A stretch of 64,000 nt of DNA from Marsupella aquatica (taxonomy: Eukaryota; Plantae; Marchantiophyta), in assembly GCA_973895155.1 (NCBI GenBank), contig OZ316896.1, positions 22,835,722-22,899,721 on the forward strand, read 5' to 3'. The notes beneath the pieces are model-generated. The model was not told the origin of the DNA and ran no database searches. It saw nothing but the letters and a program-made list of their open reading frames with translations. This document shows positions 1 through 14,200 of the stretch, piece after piece (the stretch's first letter is position 1; each line of letters begins with the position of its first letter). The position numbers and the translations under genes were made by a program.

Positions 1-207
1 TCTTCCAAAAGCTCCATATAACTAGCTCTATCATTCTAGGGCTTCACTATTTTAACTTATTGAAAAATATATAAAAACTCAGTTATACTATCGTTTCTAA
101 ATTTATTAAAATTCAAATTTTGCATACTATAATGTAAATATAAAGTAACTATAAAACTTGTAATGATGAAGAGCATGGGAATTGAATAGTATCAAAAAAA
201 TGTCAAA
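1..207. repeat. Dispersed AT-rich repeat, near-identical to 20811-21014
   Basis: tcttccaaaagctccatata...aaaaaaatgtcaaa aligns with 20811-21014 with few substitutions; the track ORFs at both sites share FDIFLILFNSHALHHYKFYSYFIFTL. Confidence 0.85.
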
Positions 208-960
208 CTCTGTGCCCAGGACGAGGAGGTGCGGACCCAGAGGAGGTTGTGTGTCATGGAAATGTCGAATGTTTTTTATTTTAAATCTATTTAAGGTATG
301 TGATTCATACAATAGATCTATGTGACACGGTGGTAGAGGAGTGCAGTTTGAACCTTGAGGTCATGAGTTGAAATCAAGCACGTAATAGTTTTTCTTTTCC
401 TTTCAATTAACGGCAGAGAAAAGGTGGCACAGAAAAGGGGTTCAATCAATTTTTACATTGAAATGATAGATGGAATATTTATGGGGGGTTCAAGTAATTC
501 CCAGATAGAAAAAACAGAAAGGAAGCCAGCCATAGGAGACCCAAATTAAAATTAAAATAATCACCAAAACAAATTGGAGTTGGGAGACTGAAACATTGAT
601 GTACCATAAGGGGAAGTCGGAAAAAAGCCAGTCCTTTCTGTCAGATTACTTCCCAATGCATATGACCAACTGTACACTAGTAATGATTACTCACACTTTT
701 CGATGAACTACTCCAATAATGCAGGTGATCAATAGTACACAAATGACTCATAGGCATGTTGGGCTTCCATTAAGTTGGCAGAAGGTTGTCCTTTTTAGTT
801 AGAATAGATTACTTCCCAATGCATATGACCAACTGTACACTAATGATTACTCACACTTTTTGGTAAACTACTCCTCAATACTGCAGATGATCAACAATCT
901 TGACTCAGAATGCATGGGAGACTCAAATGACTCAGAATGCATGAGAGATGCACTTCTTTG

Positions 961-1051
961 TCTCACATCTATTCATGTTCAAAGAACTACTCTAGTATTG
1001 GGGCTCACATCTATTCATGTTCAAAGAACTACTCTAGTATTGGGGCTAGTA
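961..1051. repeat. 45-bp tandem repeat, 2 copies
   Basis: ctcacatctattcatgttcaaagaactactctagtattggggct is repeated directly; degenerate related units follow to about 1300. Confidence 0.8.
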
Positions 1052-1766
1052 CATATAGATATGTTTTGGGGCTAGTATATATAGACGAGGGCATTGCACG
1101 GTGCAAGGAGGGCGGGCCCATAGGGAGTAGGGGCATTTATGGGGCAATGTGGGGAAGCACATATGTGCCAAGGGATCGCATGTTTTTTGGTCCTTCATCC
1201 CAAATGAATACAAAAACGTTCCTGGGCGGGAAGATCCACAGCAGTTGGATATGTTCAAAGAACAGGGTATTGGGGCTATTGGACTAGTATATATCCATGA
1301 ACAAAAAGTACACACTTAATTACTCACACTTTTTAGTAAACTCTCTCCTTAATGAAGATGAGCAACAGAACACGAATGATTCCTCACAGGGAGGAGCTTT
1401 AGAGGAGTTATCATTGAGTTTCCAATGTCTCAATATCTGTGCTTACACCTCACGAGTGTGATGAATGCACTCAATATCTGTGCTTACACCTCACAATTAT
1501 CATGCATGGCCTCTCCTTTCATACCCCTGTCGGTGGGTTCTAGATTTTGGTTGCGCTCGCAGGTTCTCACTAAAGAATTCCTTGGGAAAATCACGAGGAC
1601 CGTCTGTAGCAATTATGTCATGAGTTCCAGCTTTTCTAAAATTGGTTCATTGGTAGAGATTGGATCATGGAGGATAACGACAGTGTGAATTCACGTAAAC
1701 TTTCTGAAACACAGGTCAATGCAAAAGTCCATTTTCATTCACACGGCAGAAATCGGCTGCAGATTC

Positions 1767-2203
1767 ATTGATTGGGCAGAGACGAGCCGATGATATTTCA
1801 ATGTATTCGCAAAGGTAACATGCTCCATCGCTGGAGCATACTTCAGCCAAAACTAGGCATCACTGTTAATGGCTTTGAGAGAGTCTGAATCATCTTTGCG
1901 GAGTATCTTCCTTTCCATTTCCGGAAAAAGCTCCCAAATGCTACCATTGATTGGGCAGAGACGAGCCGATGCTACGTCAATGTATTTGCAAAGGTAACGT
2001 GCTCCATCGCTGGAGCAAACTTCAGCCAAAACTAGGCATCACTGTTAATGGCTTTGAGAGAGTGTGAATCATCTTTGCGGATTATCCTTCCTTCCATTTC
2101 CGGAAAAAGCCCCCAAATGCTACCTGTGAAAATTTGGGCCCAGTGCTTGCATTGTCAACAGAGTGTGAAAATTTGGGCCCACTGCTTGCATTGTCAACAG
2201 AGT
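1767..2203. repeat. About 180-bp tandem duplication (1767-1945 / 1946-2124) followed by a 40-bp tandem pair
   Basis: attgattgggcagagacgagccgat...aaatgctacc occurs twice; tgtgaaaatttgggccc...tgtcaacagag occurs twice; a third partial copy lies near 2735-2850. Confidence 0.8.
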
Positions 2204-2971
2204 CATACGTAATGTACAGGGAGAAACTCAGAAAGTGTGTTGAGTTAAGCTCCAAAAAGAGTAACCGTAAATATTTCCGTTGAAGCTCTTTACTCACCAA
2301 AAGGAATGGCCGTTGTGATATACTTTTGGGAGTACCATCCTTTCTCATGTGAGGCGCACCGCGTTCAGCGGCCAAGCTGACCGTGGACTCCACCAGGCTA
2401 CCCTATTCCCTGACTCCAACCGCACCCAAGCTCCTCCCTTCCTTGTGAGTATTTGACAGGTGATAAGGAATTGAGCAAAGCAGGATACGGAGCGTGAATC
2501 AAATTTTTGATTGTCCAATTTCAATTGAGTTTTCGATTGCATTGGGTGGGTGTGTACGTAAATTTCAATTTTCTCTTCCACAGTTCAATTCGATTTTTTG
2601 ATTGCATTGGGTGGGTATATACGTGAGTTTCAATGTCACATGATTGAACTTTCGGTAGTACTTGGTGTGGTCGCAGGTATTGGCCAAGGTTCTTGCAGGA
2701 TCGCTCGAAAATACGACGGAAAAAACTCTCCGCCACTGCTAATGGCTTTGAGAGTGTGAATCATCTTTGTGGAGTATCCCGCTCTCTGTTTCTGGAAAAG
2801 GCACCGAATTCTACCGGTGAAATTTGGGCACAAAGCTTGAATTGTCAATGTTTTCATGAACCTTTCAATTAAACTGCACAGATCTGAATTAACGTTGCAG
2901 GAGTGCAGGACGAGAGCAAAGCCAGTCGAACACCGTCCTTCATACTCAACACCAGGAATTCGAACTACAGG

Positions 2972-5016
2972 ATGGGTCTATTGCAATCATTCTCGAGTCT
3001 CGTATCGGATTCATGGCCACCCAATGCTGTGCAGCAGCTCCTCACTGCAACCTTGGCGATTTCAGTAGTATTTGTGGTCCTCTATCTACTACGGCACAGT
3101 CAACCAAAAGGATCGTCCTCGAAGGCCTCCTGGACCCCGGCCGTGGCCAATCATTGGGAATATGGCAGTGTTCGGCGCTACTCCTCACCAAGACATGCAA
3201 AAACTTGCGAAGCTCTATGGGCCTATCCATCGCTTGCGTTTGTCGTCTCTTCCCCAAGGATTGCGGAAGAGGTACTCAAGAAAATGTTTGCTTCACGACC
3301 ACAAATCTCCGCGACCATGATCCTAGGCAACGGCGGCCAGACTGTGCTAACATGCCCTTCTGGTCGCTATGCTAGAAAGGTGTTCAGTCTTGAGCTGATG
3401 ACCCACAAATGAATCCAAGAGTTCCAGGTTAATGCCTTCCAAATCAATTTATTATCTGCATTAGCTTGTCGATTGACATGTTCTTCCCACTGTCGGAGCC
3501 TAATTGTTCGTTTCAATTGCAACATTAATTTATTTTAGATTCTTAATATGCGTTGGTTATCTGAATTTTGATTATCCTTTGAATCTATTTCACATGCGTG
3601 CAGCCTACCTTGGTAAGCCATCCTGATCGACTTGACGATGGAATTGACAGTACTGGTTGTTGTGTCGGAGTTCTTTCTGCCGGTAGGTACCGAGGAATTT
3701 GTGCATGTTGCATTGTTCTCCAAGGTGATAGATGTTTCGATAGTTTCGCGGGTTTCCATCGATGTCAAATGTGTAATTGATACTCAAGTGCATCATTACT
3801 AAATCGCTTGTCATTTTTCTCCAGAACATCAGGAGAGAGGAGATTCGGAGTGAAGTGTACACCATAATCGAACAATGTGAAAGCGGAAAACCCGTGCGCT
3901 TGGGTGAACAGCTAAAGCATGTCACGATGAACAACGTCACTCGGATGCTGATGAACAAGACCTTCTTCGGACCGAACCGTACCGCAGATTTGAGAGAAGG
4001 TGGAGAGTTTGTGGAAAATGCTCACGAGCTGCTCAAGTTCATTGCTACGTTCATTATCGGACATTTCATCCCTCTCCTAAAATCTGCAAGGCTACAGACT
4101 TAAAAAGAGGATGCACGCCGTGGCGCAAAAATTTGACAAGTTTTCCGGGAAAATCATTGCTGAGCGTCGGCAGAGGAAGTTTCCTGCTTCGGAGCAGTGC
4201 GCTGAGCAGGACGTAATGGACTTTCTTGATGTGCTGCTGACACGCCCCTCCGGAACTGGCGAAACTCCTGTGACGGATATCCAAATTCAAGGCATCTTAA
4301 AGGCAAGAGCTCGCGCTGTTCTTTCTCAGACATTGGAGTATTTTGCAACCTTGCACCACGATTGGGTCAGTTTCTTGAGTGCACTTTTCTTTTCCTAATA
4401 AACGACTGTGTACAGGATGTGGTGATTGCTGGGACTGATACATCAAGCTCACAGTTGAGTAGGCAATGGCAGAGGTCTTAAAACACCCGAATGTCCAAAA
4501 GGCCAAAGACGAACTGGACGCTGTTGTAGGGCGATATCGACTTGTGGAGGAAGATGACATCCCGAAGTTGAAGTACCTGCGGTGCATAGTGAGAGAGGCC
4601 ATGAGGTTACACCCAGCTGTCCCGGTGACTGCTCCCCGCAAGAGCATGGAATCAAGCGAGTTTGCAGGATATCACATACCAGCGAATTAAGTCTCAAATG
4701 TTCGTTCATCTGTACGCCATAGCGACGGACCCTGAGGTATGGGAGCGTCCGCTTGAGTTTTACCCAGAGAGGTTTTTGTCGACTAGCATCGATGTCCATG
4801 AGAAGAATCTGCCCCGGGAAAGAACATATTCTGGCAGTGTTCCTTCATACATGTGATTGGGCTTTTCCTCCGGGTGTAAACCCTGAGGATGTCGACCTTG
4901 GGGAGAGACCTGGAGTGACGCTGAATTTCAAAAACCCTGGACTTGAATTTATTGCGTCCCCTAGATTGCCCATGAGTACCATTTTTGCTGACCGGAAAAG
5001 TCCCTCATCTAAATAA
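2972..5016 (+). pseudogene. Cytochrome P450 (CYP71-clan / A-type) pseudogene, 3 exons
   Basis: TM anchor, PPGPRPWPIIGN hinge, FASRP, I-helix AGTDTSS followed by VE-stop (TGG>TAG at about 4460), EAMRLHP (ExxR), PERF. The FGxG part of the heme motif is deleted before RRICPG. Several frameshifts. Introns at about 3428-3823 and 4303-4416. Confidence 0.9.
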
Positions 5017-7789
5017 GCTGTAGAATGGTTTTGTATGAAGGTTTTAACATCGAGCAATAAAGAGACGAGTTGAATGATTTGGTCGCATGAACCTGGAACT
5101 AATAGTTGCCCGTTTGTTCGTTCGGTTCCTTTATCTACTATAGGCCTAGCTGCTTCAGGATTTAAGTTGGTGGAGGTGATAATATCAAAGTAATTTGAAG
5201 AGACTGAAATGTCATCAGCTACTTTCTCTCACATCGTTAAAGTTCTACAGTCGTTGTATATATAGAATAAAGGCTGAACCTGCCAGGCTTCACATTCTTA
5301 AATCGTTGCCCGTCAGCATCCCACTTTGGTTGCATTCCTATAGCCTCAACGTTTGCTCAGTTTCGATCACTTTCTTCTGTCACTTACAGCTCAGCAAGCA
5401 GGCTTTTGCACCTCATCTTCAAGCATCATCCATCTCCACATGCACATTTGAAATCAGTAAGGTGCTATGAGTTGTCCAGTAAGTTTTGTTTTGCCGAGCG
5501 TATCTTACCAATGAGAGCCGCAACTTCAGTTAGCACAATCTTCTATGAAACTTACTTCCTACTTCGGATTTTGACGTCGAGTTCATGTCAACCTTCATTA
5601 ACTCGATATGGTAATGTCCTTATTACATTACAAAACCGCAGTACTGCTCAATAAGTAGAGGTACACAGATGTAAGGTTCAATGTCGGTAAACCATTCATT
5701 CGACTGAATCGATCTATGATTTTTCTTTAATGAAAATCTCCATTTTACTTCACATTATTAAACGAAGTTGCCAAGTGAGTTTAAGTATGGAACTTAGTTT
5801 GATGCAACAAATACGTCTAGGTTGCTTAATTTCCTGTTTCGAAGCAACATTTAGGCTGACATATTTGTGAACTCTTGAGATCCATTTCAAATCTCATTTC
5901 TCAATCAAGGGTTCAGTCGTCAGTATTTACTTCCTCCCATTTAATCCGACTTTGTTTAATACTTCGCATGGAAAACAGATTTTTGAGCAGGTACGATTGA
6001 TGCTGTTTCAATCCAATGGAATCATTAATTTCGTTGCTTAAATGCTTTATTGTTATATACCTCTGCTGCAATCTCAGTTCTCAAGAGTTCAAGTGACAGC
6101 TCATAGCCGTAGAGCTTTTCATCGTAGGTACACAGATGCTTCAGTATACATAAGGAGTAAGCTGCACCCTCAATTACGAACCGTAGGGATGAGTAGAAGG
6201 AACTTGACCTAGTCTAGTACGAAGACACCCAAAATTTAATAGAGCTAAACTTTCAGTTAATCTAGATGTCGCAGCCATACGCGAGGGACTTTTCAATTGC
6301 GATCGAGGAAGTTGTTTTGGCAAGAAAGACGAGGCGCTTTAATTAAGTGACCGATATTGTGATTTTCCCGTTTTTTATGTCGACCTCCTGGTTAAGCCTT
6401 CTGGGCACCCAGGTCTACCAACTTTTACAAAATTGCCCGAATTTCGAAAGTTCGGCTTATAGCAAACCGACACATCGGACGTCGGTCCTCCCCATACCTT
6501 TGGAAAAGAACAGCAAAGGTTCTGAGAGATCATATTTGAGAAGACTGCGAGAGAGAGATTTGTTTTTTCGTTCGGATTCACTGATTGCATGTGATGTTTC
6601 ACGTGCTCGTTATAGAAATCGAAACAATGCTCATCAACTATGCTCACACAACTCATATATGTCTTCCTTCACCTTCTAAGGGGCAGCATTGAAAGGCGAG
6701 ACCCACTAATTAGGCAGCAATAAATGAGTTTCAGAGGAAAGCTAATCCAGATTCTAATTCGGTGTGACATCATATTCAAACCGATCAAGTAGTTGAGGTA
6801 CTCACGGTAATTAGGTGAGCAAATCTCTGCCCTTGTCTAGGCCTTCAGATTGGGGCTGGCACTTTGTGGTGTCTATGAGCACTACTGTATTATTTATACA
6901 AAGCCGTTTCTGACAGAGATGCTTGCTCGAATATCAGAGTAAGGATTTATGTGTTGCCCGAGAACGGAAATACGTAACACGTAGAGATCGAGGCAAAGTT
7001 TGAATCTGAAAACAAGCTGCAAAACGCTGTAGCGTCTGCTTTGACAGCAACTAAAAACAACTCGTCTTTGCTTAAACCGCACTTGTCACTATGAAAGCCC
7101 ATTCCATGTCTCATTGCTCACCATAAAAGGTGGAACACTAAGGACCTTCTGTGTACCACTTGCTAATAAAGGTTTTGCACTCACCACCTTTTGTGGAGAT
7201 CAAAACCATTAGACCATTTTTGAACCTTTGCATTTTACAATGAGAGCTACTGGCCCGTAGCCCTTTATAGGGGCAGTTGTGGTTTAACAAACCACAGCAC
7301 AGCAACGTACTCTGAGCTGAACAACGAGTGGCTTAATGCAACTAACCTCAAGAGTACTCTCTCAATAGCCTCTGGTATATTACTAAAAATTTGCTTCACG
7401 TCGAGCGTGTTCCTTCAGTTGTGACCGGAGATGTTTGCATCCTATAATCGGCCTCTTTTTCTTTGTGCGTGGCTAAAACGCTTGGTCCCCGCTTGTTCTA
7501 TCCAAGAGCTTTCAAAAACGTGTGACCGGTTCTGCAAAACGAAATTGTCTACTACGTCAACTGTCTAGCTAAACAACAGTCCAGTAAATTAGAGAACAAA
7601 TTGAAGAATGACGAGATTCTTATGAGTTTTCCCCGACTTGGGATCCCTTTGAGCAGGAGTCTGCCTTGGATTACAGAGTAGATTGATTGCGATCGTCAGA
7701 CCTGTTGGCTTGCGTTCGGGCCATCCAGCTTGGCACAAAGCTAACATAACCTCAACTTGTGACAAGTATCATAATATGAAAACTTTCTC

Positions 7790-8084
7790 TGCGCACTAAA
7801 TCACAGCGACTGCAAACAAAACTACAAGTGACTGAAGACTCGCGAGGACTGCGAGTGAAAACACCAACGCACGTCCGAAGGAACACTGCCAGCATCAACA
7901 GAAGTCCCAGATTTTTCCCGGGGCACATTCTTCTGCCAGAATTGAAGGGCAAGAGCTCGAAGTCTTGCACATGGCCATCGATGGTAGTTGACAACAATCT
8001 CTCTGGGTCAAACTCAAGCGAACCGTCCCAAACTTCAGGGTTCCTCGCTATGGCCTACATATTGACGAACACTTGAGATTTCAG
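7790..8084 (-). pseudogene. P450 3' fragment (PERF region and heme-binding motif)
   Basis: FELLPFNSGRRMCPGKNLG; paralogous to 51593-51920. Confidence 0.8.
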
Positions 8085-8438
8085 TGTGACAGGAAATTCT
8101 CTGTCTCTTCTTTGATCGACCGTTGGATCTCTGTCTTGATCTAGGGCTGTTGTTTCGCTTACTTTTGTGTTAAGCTTCTCAGTTTCGCTTACACGATAAA
8201 TGTCATGCAAGGTTTACGTGTCTTGGTTTGTTTGAATTTTAGGCGGAGCCACACGTCAATTTTAGGCGGCGCCCTGGTCCTTGCTGGACAGGACTGTTCG
8301 TGGCCTTTATGTACCCTTCGGGGAAACAACTGAATACACTTTGTGGAAATACAGTCACAATTGTCTTTCAACCAATTTCGTTCATGCGCACACTGTCTGT
8401 TTGTGTTATACTATGTGTTCTCGTTCTTTAGAATCACA
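8085..8438 (+). mobile_element. Solo LTR related to the Copia LTRs at 27194/32100
   Basis: Termini TGTGACAGG...TAGAATCACA resemble the reverse complement of the Copia LTR termini; absent from the paralogous site at about 51920; no clean TSD. Confidence 0.65.
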
Positions 8439-9930
8439 CTATGTGATACCCTGCCACCTCTAGTGATTCTCGTTTTCTCTTTGGTATGACGACAGTCCCC
8501 CAACTAAATCATTCAACCAAAGACTTTGGTGTGACAAGCCGCAAACTAAATTATCCAATAAGAGACCTTCCCGGCTACCTTCCGGGCTGGTATGAGGGCC
8601 CACACCAGGTGATGTAATCATCCACACACGAAACCCATCTGTCCCAACCCATAGCACAATTGGGGATGCCCTTGGTTTCGGCAGGGCAACGCAAGCGAAA
8701 TAGCAAGGAGACTGGGAAAATAATACAACGAAAAATAGGGACCGTCTATCGCAACCCGGAAATATCGGATACCATTGATCTGGGCCCAAATTGCCACAGC
8801 ATCGGTGACGTACTTATTCAACCAGCCAGCCGCCACGATCAAGAGAACCCTAACGAAGACTGGCATTGGAGATCCCACGCACAGCAGTTTGGCGATTTAC
8901 CCTCTTAATAATGGTCTTTGCTTGTATGCAACACCCAAATTGAGAAGTGGTTTTCGGGTATAACTCGCCTAAAATATAAAGACAGGCGTTTAGGGCCAAA
9001 TTACACCAATTAATGAAAATAGGTAAGGTACCGTTTGGAAAGAAGCCCTCGTGAATTGATCGAGACTACACCAGCTTCCTTGGGTGACACTTCACTCGTC
9101 GTGGTCATGCGACAACCCTCTAATTAAAGAACTACTCCCGGGTCATTCTTGTCACTGTCACATTTTGGACTCCGGACGGTTCTCCAACAGAAGTGGTGAC
9201 TCAAGTCTCGAGGTGACATGTACGTAAAGTCAGTGTGGATGATCTTCGCTGCTTCACAGAAATTTGTTTGTGATCTCATGAGAATCTCTATCTGTTTTCG
9301 TCCGTCGGTAATGGAGTTATGCTACTTCCTTTGTTGGTTTAGTGTTGCAGGGATGAGCCGAGGGATGAGCAAATGACATTAACAAATTTTCGCATATCTG
9401 AGGTCTACGGTCAACAGCTCGGAATCTGAATCCAACGTACATTGCCCAGTTTAGATGGACTCGTTGTTACTATAGCAGCTTTCCTCTAGAATGTTGTGGG
9501 CTGCAGGCATATCGATTGTCATACATCCAGGATATGAATTCGTTGATACTCTAACAACTTTGTTCAGGCTTCGCTTGTTCAATTCATAATTTACGTTCTT
9601 CAACTCATCTTAATGACATGTTGTGCATGCATGTAGCAATGGGATCATTCTGAGGTTGAGGTATCGGGCAAGTGGGAGAAGAACCTCGTCGCTCTTCCGA
9701 ACTTGTAGGGTCGGTACTTTTTTGGAATGGCGGGGGCAATATTTGTACCAACGGGTGATTACTCCGATTCGTACTGGGGTTGAAGGTGGACTGGCTGAGG
9801 AATACACACTGTTGAGACTTCCCTGAAGTGCGCATTCCAGCAAGCAAGTAGGCATCGATCGTCTTCTGTCTTCAGGCAGCAGTTGCGGCGGAGAAACCTC
9901 CGGAACACTAAGTTCACATAGGTATCGAAG

Positions 9931-11286
9931 ATGTTTCACCTGGCCAGGCTGAAAGCGGAGAATCTGATGAGGAAAAGAGGGAAACAACAGCGTGACGCAC
10001 TTGAGGGGAGCTCATCCACAGGAGCAATCACGGACGAAAACGGCAGCAGGGGACTTCTTCCTGGCATTCCGCACGATCTCACGGTACGGATGATTAGTCC
10101 AAAACTCTCATGGCGCTCAGTTGAGGCTCTCTCATCAGTGAGCCGTGCCTGGCAACGAGCAGTTCGAAGTCATGAAATTCATGACGAAAGAGCTCGCTCC
10201 CACTCGACGGAAACGTTTGTTGTCCTAAACCATACTCTATCTGTTTCTGAGAAGAAGTTTGGGATCGCTCTCTATAGCCTGCGAACAGGCGCTTGTCGTC
10301 AGCTTCCTCCCATCCCACACGTCAAGAATGGAATCCCAGATTTCTGCGAATGCACAACCTTGGATGGGAAAATATATATTTTGGGAGGATTGAAGAACAA
10401 TTCTACGAACTCCACTCTTCTGTGCCAAGCGGACGTATATATGTTTGATGTGGCTGGTCATGCACAGACTTGGAAAAACTGCTCTAGTATGCACACAGCT
10501 AGGTGTAGATTTGGGTGTGGCATTATAGACGGGAAGATTTATGTATGCGGTGGTTCTAAGTCGTCCAGTGTGGCAACTGTTTCGGACACAGAGGTGTATG
10601 ACCCCAAAGTAGATGCTTGGACTGAGCTTATGCCAATGATAGGTGGGCGCAGAGGTCATACAGTTGCAGTTGTTCATAATGAGCTTCTGGTGTATGGCGG
10701 AGAGTTCCTCCTTGGAGGGTACTGGATCTTCAACCTGATACACCGTCAGAATTGGTATACCCGTGCATACTCTGCAGATTATTTTGAGATTTATAACCCC
10801 ACCACGGGTGAGTGGAGACGACTGCCCAACGATCCGAGAATGGATCTTGGTGTGCTCCACCCGGTACCCAACATTCCGGGAATGGATCTTGATGACTGGC
10901 TTGGTAAAACAATGTTCTCTGTAGAGGGGAAACTGCATGCCATCACAGGGTCTGCTGTTTTTCAACTTGACCTTGAACAAGATGTCAGGACGCGTGTGCA
11001 TTTCATCGAACAGCGAAAGAGAAATTATTGGACACCATACACTCCAAAAAAGGGACCACTTGCAGTTTTAGCGATGGATGACCAGCTTTTAGCATTCGAT
11101 TTTTGGTATGAGTATCAGTATATTGGAAGGCGCGTTGAAAGAGGCCGAGATGGAGACCGGGTCTTTGCTCTTCTTCGAGGCACAGGGTTCGGTGTCAAGT
11201 ACCAAGATATTGTGTGGGAGAGAGTTCTATATTCTCTTTCCTTTAGTCGTTTGAAGTCTCCGTTCTTGCGTATTCTTCGACTCTGA
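9931..11286 (+). CDS. F-box/kelch-repeat protein, copy 1 (451 aa, intronless)
   Basis: F-box-like LLPGIPHDLTVRMI...LSSVSRAW; kelch repeats GKIYILGG, GKIYVCGG, EVYDPKVDAW, LLVYGG, EIYNPTTGEW. Confidence 0.9.
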   Translation: MFHLARLKAENLMRKRGKQQRDALEGSSSTGAITDENGSRGLLPGIPHDLTVRMISPKLSWRSVEALSSVSRAWQRAVRSHEIHDERARSHSTETFVVLNHTLSVSEKKFGIALYSLRTGACRQLPPIPHVKNGIPDFCECTTLDGKIYILGGLKNNSTNSTLLCQADVYMFDVAGHAQTWKNCSSMHTARCRFGCGIIDGKIYVCGGSKSSSVATVSDTEVYDPKVDAWTELMPMIGGRRGHTVAVVHNELLVYGGEFLLGGYWIFNLIHRQNWYTRAYSADYFEIYNPTTGEWRRLPNDPRMDLGVLHPVPNIPGMDLDDWLGKTMFSVEGKLHAITGSAVFQLDLEQDVRTRVHFIEQRKRNYWTPYTPKKGPLAVLAMDDQLLAFDFWYEYQYIGRRVERGRDGDRVFALLRGTGFGVKYQDIVWERVLYSLSFSRLKSPFLRILRL

Positions 11287-14200
11287 GCAGCTGCTGCACA
11301 ATTAAGTTGGGCCAAATCATTCAAGGGCATAGGCCGGTTCTTTCTCCGGAACTTATCCTCCTCCTTTGTCGATCTGTAGTTGATAGAACAGGAGATCGAT
11401 TTCCTGGCTGATAACATTTACGTAGACAAGATTTGGTTTGTTTCTTTGTTGAGATCCATTTCAAATCGTTCTCAATCAAGGATTCAGTCGTCAGTATATA
11501 CTTTCTCCCATTCTATCCGACCTTGTTTGATACTTCGCATGGAAAACAGATTTTTGAGCTGGTACAATTGATGCTGAATCATTGATTTCGTTAATTAAAT
11601 GCTTTGATTGTTGATTTCGTTAATTAAATGCTTTGATTGGTGATGGATTGGGGATTCTGGAAGCGGACCCTACTGGCTTTGATAGGATACACGTTACTTT
11701 GAGGTACAGAATGGTTGTAGGGGGGGCTGCGCTGGACAGAGCGGATGAGGGGGCGATGGTGCTGTGGTGTGAGGGGAAAAGGGAGCGGCCTCTTTTCTCT
11801 CTTTCTAGTTTGATCTTGGCAATTTGTTCTGCTTCCCGATCGGAAAGGTTTGAACACTCTGCAGAATGTGCCAGAGCTGAAATTGGTTAAGCATGCGCTG
11901 CTCGGGGATTTTGCTTCATCTCCTTGGTCTTGTTGTGCCGGGCTTGTGGTCTCTGGGCTAGGATTGTCCTGAGAATTGGCATCCAACGGAGGAGCAGTCC
12001 GAGCTGGGGAGAAAGAATTGGGGATAATTAGGGGCAGAATCAGTTTTGATCAAGCTTGGCGCCTGACTGGTGGCTATTATCGTTCTTTGGTGTGCTGCTT
12101 CGTGCTTCAGCAGGGAGATCGGGGGGTGCAAACATGCTCTGATCGGGGGCCTGATGAAGTTTCCTCGGGGAGGTTCTGGTGCTTCTTAAAGTGTTGGGCA
12201 GTGCTCTAGGGCCGGGCGCTAGGTTTGGCTGGTGGGTATCGAGTTGCCACCTGATTGGGCACTATTAGGTGGCGTTGCCTATGATGCTTTGTGATCGATC
12301 TTACGCAGAACGAACAATCGGAAAACAAACTTTGAACACACATCAATGTATTGATTGCGAAGTAAACATGTGTATAGATCTTTATTTTTATTTTCTGCCT
12401 TCTCCTTGAAGAGAATCGAAAGACAAACTCGGACATGTTCACTGATCCTTAAGACCTAAACTCCCCGCGGGGATCGCCGACATTTGAAAAGACATGAAGC
12501 ACCGACATTTGGAAAGACATGAAACACCTTCGGACAATAGACAATACTTCACACAATGACACGTGGTGAGTCCAACGACTTACACCGACGACCTTTTACA
12601 TGAGTAACAAGTAAACTGAGAACACTACACGATAGATAGCAGTCGATCAGAAAGAAGACAGAGAAACCTATCATGCTTTCTGGGCTCCCAAGTTATATAT
12701 CACACTGCCCAAGGGCAAGAAACGCCGAACCAGGAGAATAGATCCCAAAGGCAAAGCAACCCAATGAACCCAATGAAGGGGAGGAAAAGAGGGGAAAGGT
12801 CCCCAAGAAAAACAAGCCAAGGGGTCCCCAAGTCCCGTCGTGGTTGTTCTGATTGATTGGTGCATGGAGTTAGTGGTAGATTCAGAGACTTAAGTTTGTT
12901 CTGCCGATGTGGCCTTGTCTGACCTTGGTCTGGGCTTTGGGGCTTGGGTTCCTCTGCCCGGGTGGCCGAGTGTTGCCCTGCTTGAGTCCCCTGGGTGTGT
13001 TGGGGCGTTGGTGCGCTAGGGTGTTGAGTGGTTCTTTATTGTGCTCTCGAATGTTGGTTAGTTGTTCATCTGGTGCTGATTGATTAGTGTTTGGGTAGAT
13101 TTTGAAATTTGCTCCAATTCCTTGGGGGCGGCTTTCAACCTGGATTCAGGTGGTGCTGGTGTCCTTTTACGTTTCCCCTCTGGTGGTTCCTCCGGCTGGT
13201 GACTTGTGTCTGGGCACCCGGGTCTACCAACTTCTACAAAATTTCCCGAATTTCGCAAGTGCGGCTTATCGCAAACCGACACATCGGACGACGGTCCTCA
13301 CCATGCCTTTGGAAAAGAACAGCAAAGGTTCTGAGAGATCATAATTGAGAGGACTACGAGAGGGAGCTTTTGTGTTTCGGTCGGATGCACTAATTGCATG
13401 TGATGTTTCACGTGCTCGTAATGGAAATCGAAACAACGTTCATCAACTATGGTCACAGAACTGATATCTTCTCCTTCTAAGGGGCGGCATTGAATGGCGA
13501 GACCCAAAAATTAGGCAGCAACAAATGAGTTTTCGAGGAACGCTCATCCAGATTCTAATTCGATGTTACTTATCATATTCGAACGGATCATGTAGTTGAG
13601 GTACTTAGGGTAAATGGTGAGCAAATCTCTGCCCTTGTCTAGTCCTTCAGATTGGGCCTGGCACTTTGTGGGGACTATGAGCAGTACTGTATTATTTATA
13701 CAGAGTCGTTTCTGACCGAGATGCTTGTTCGAATATCAGAGTAAGGATTTATGTGTTGCCCGAGAACGGAAATACATGTAGAGATCGGGGCAAAGTTTCA
13801 ACCTGAAAACAAGCTGCAAAATGCTGTAGCGTCTGCTTTGACAACAACTAGAAGACTACAAACCACGCACAGCAACGTACTCTGAGCTGAACAACGAGTG
13901 GCTTAATGCAACTAACCTGAAGAGTCCTCTCTCGATAGCCTCTGGTAAATTACTAGAGATTTGCTTCACGTCGAGCGTGTTCCTTCAGTTGTGACCGGAG
14001 ATGTTTGCCCCCTATGATCGGCCTCTTTTTCTTTGTGCATGGCTAAAACGCTTGGTCCCCGCTTGTTCTACGTCCAAGAGCTTCCAAAAACGTGTGACCA
14101 GTTCTGCACAATGAAATTGTCTCGTCACATGTCTGGTTCGACAGAAAGTCTCCAGTAAAATTAGAAACCAAATTGAAGAATGACGAGATTCTTTATGAGT

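Noticed and set aside
322-382. Degenerate tRNA/SINE-like segment (ggtggtagag...gaggtcatgagttgaaatc)
   Set aside because: A and B boxes are weak, there is no cloverleaf, and I found no TSD or second copy.
10237-11001. Long antisense ORFs over the F-box/kelch genes (also 21278-21901 and 54008-54631)
   Set aside because: Shadow frames of real genes with no motifs and variable starts between copies.
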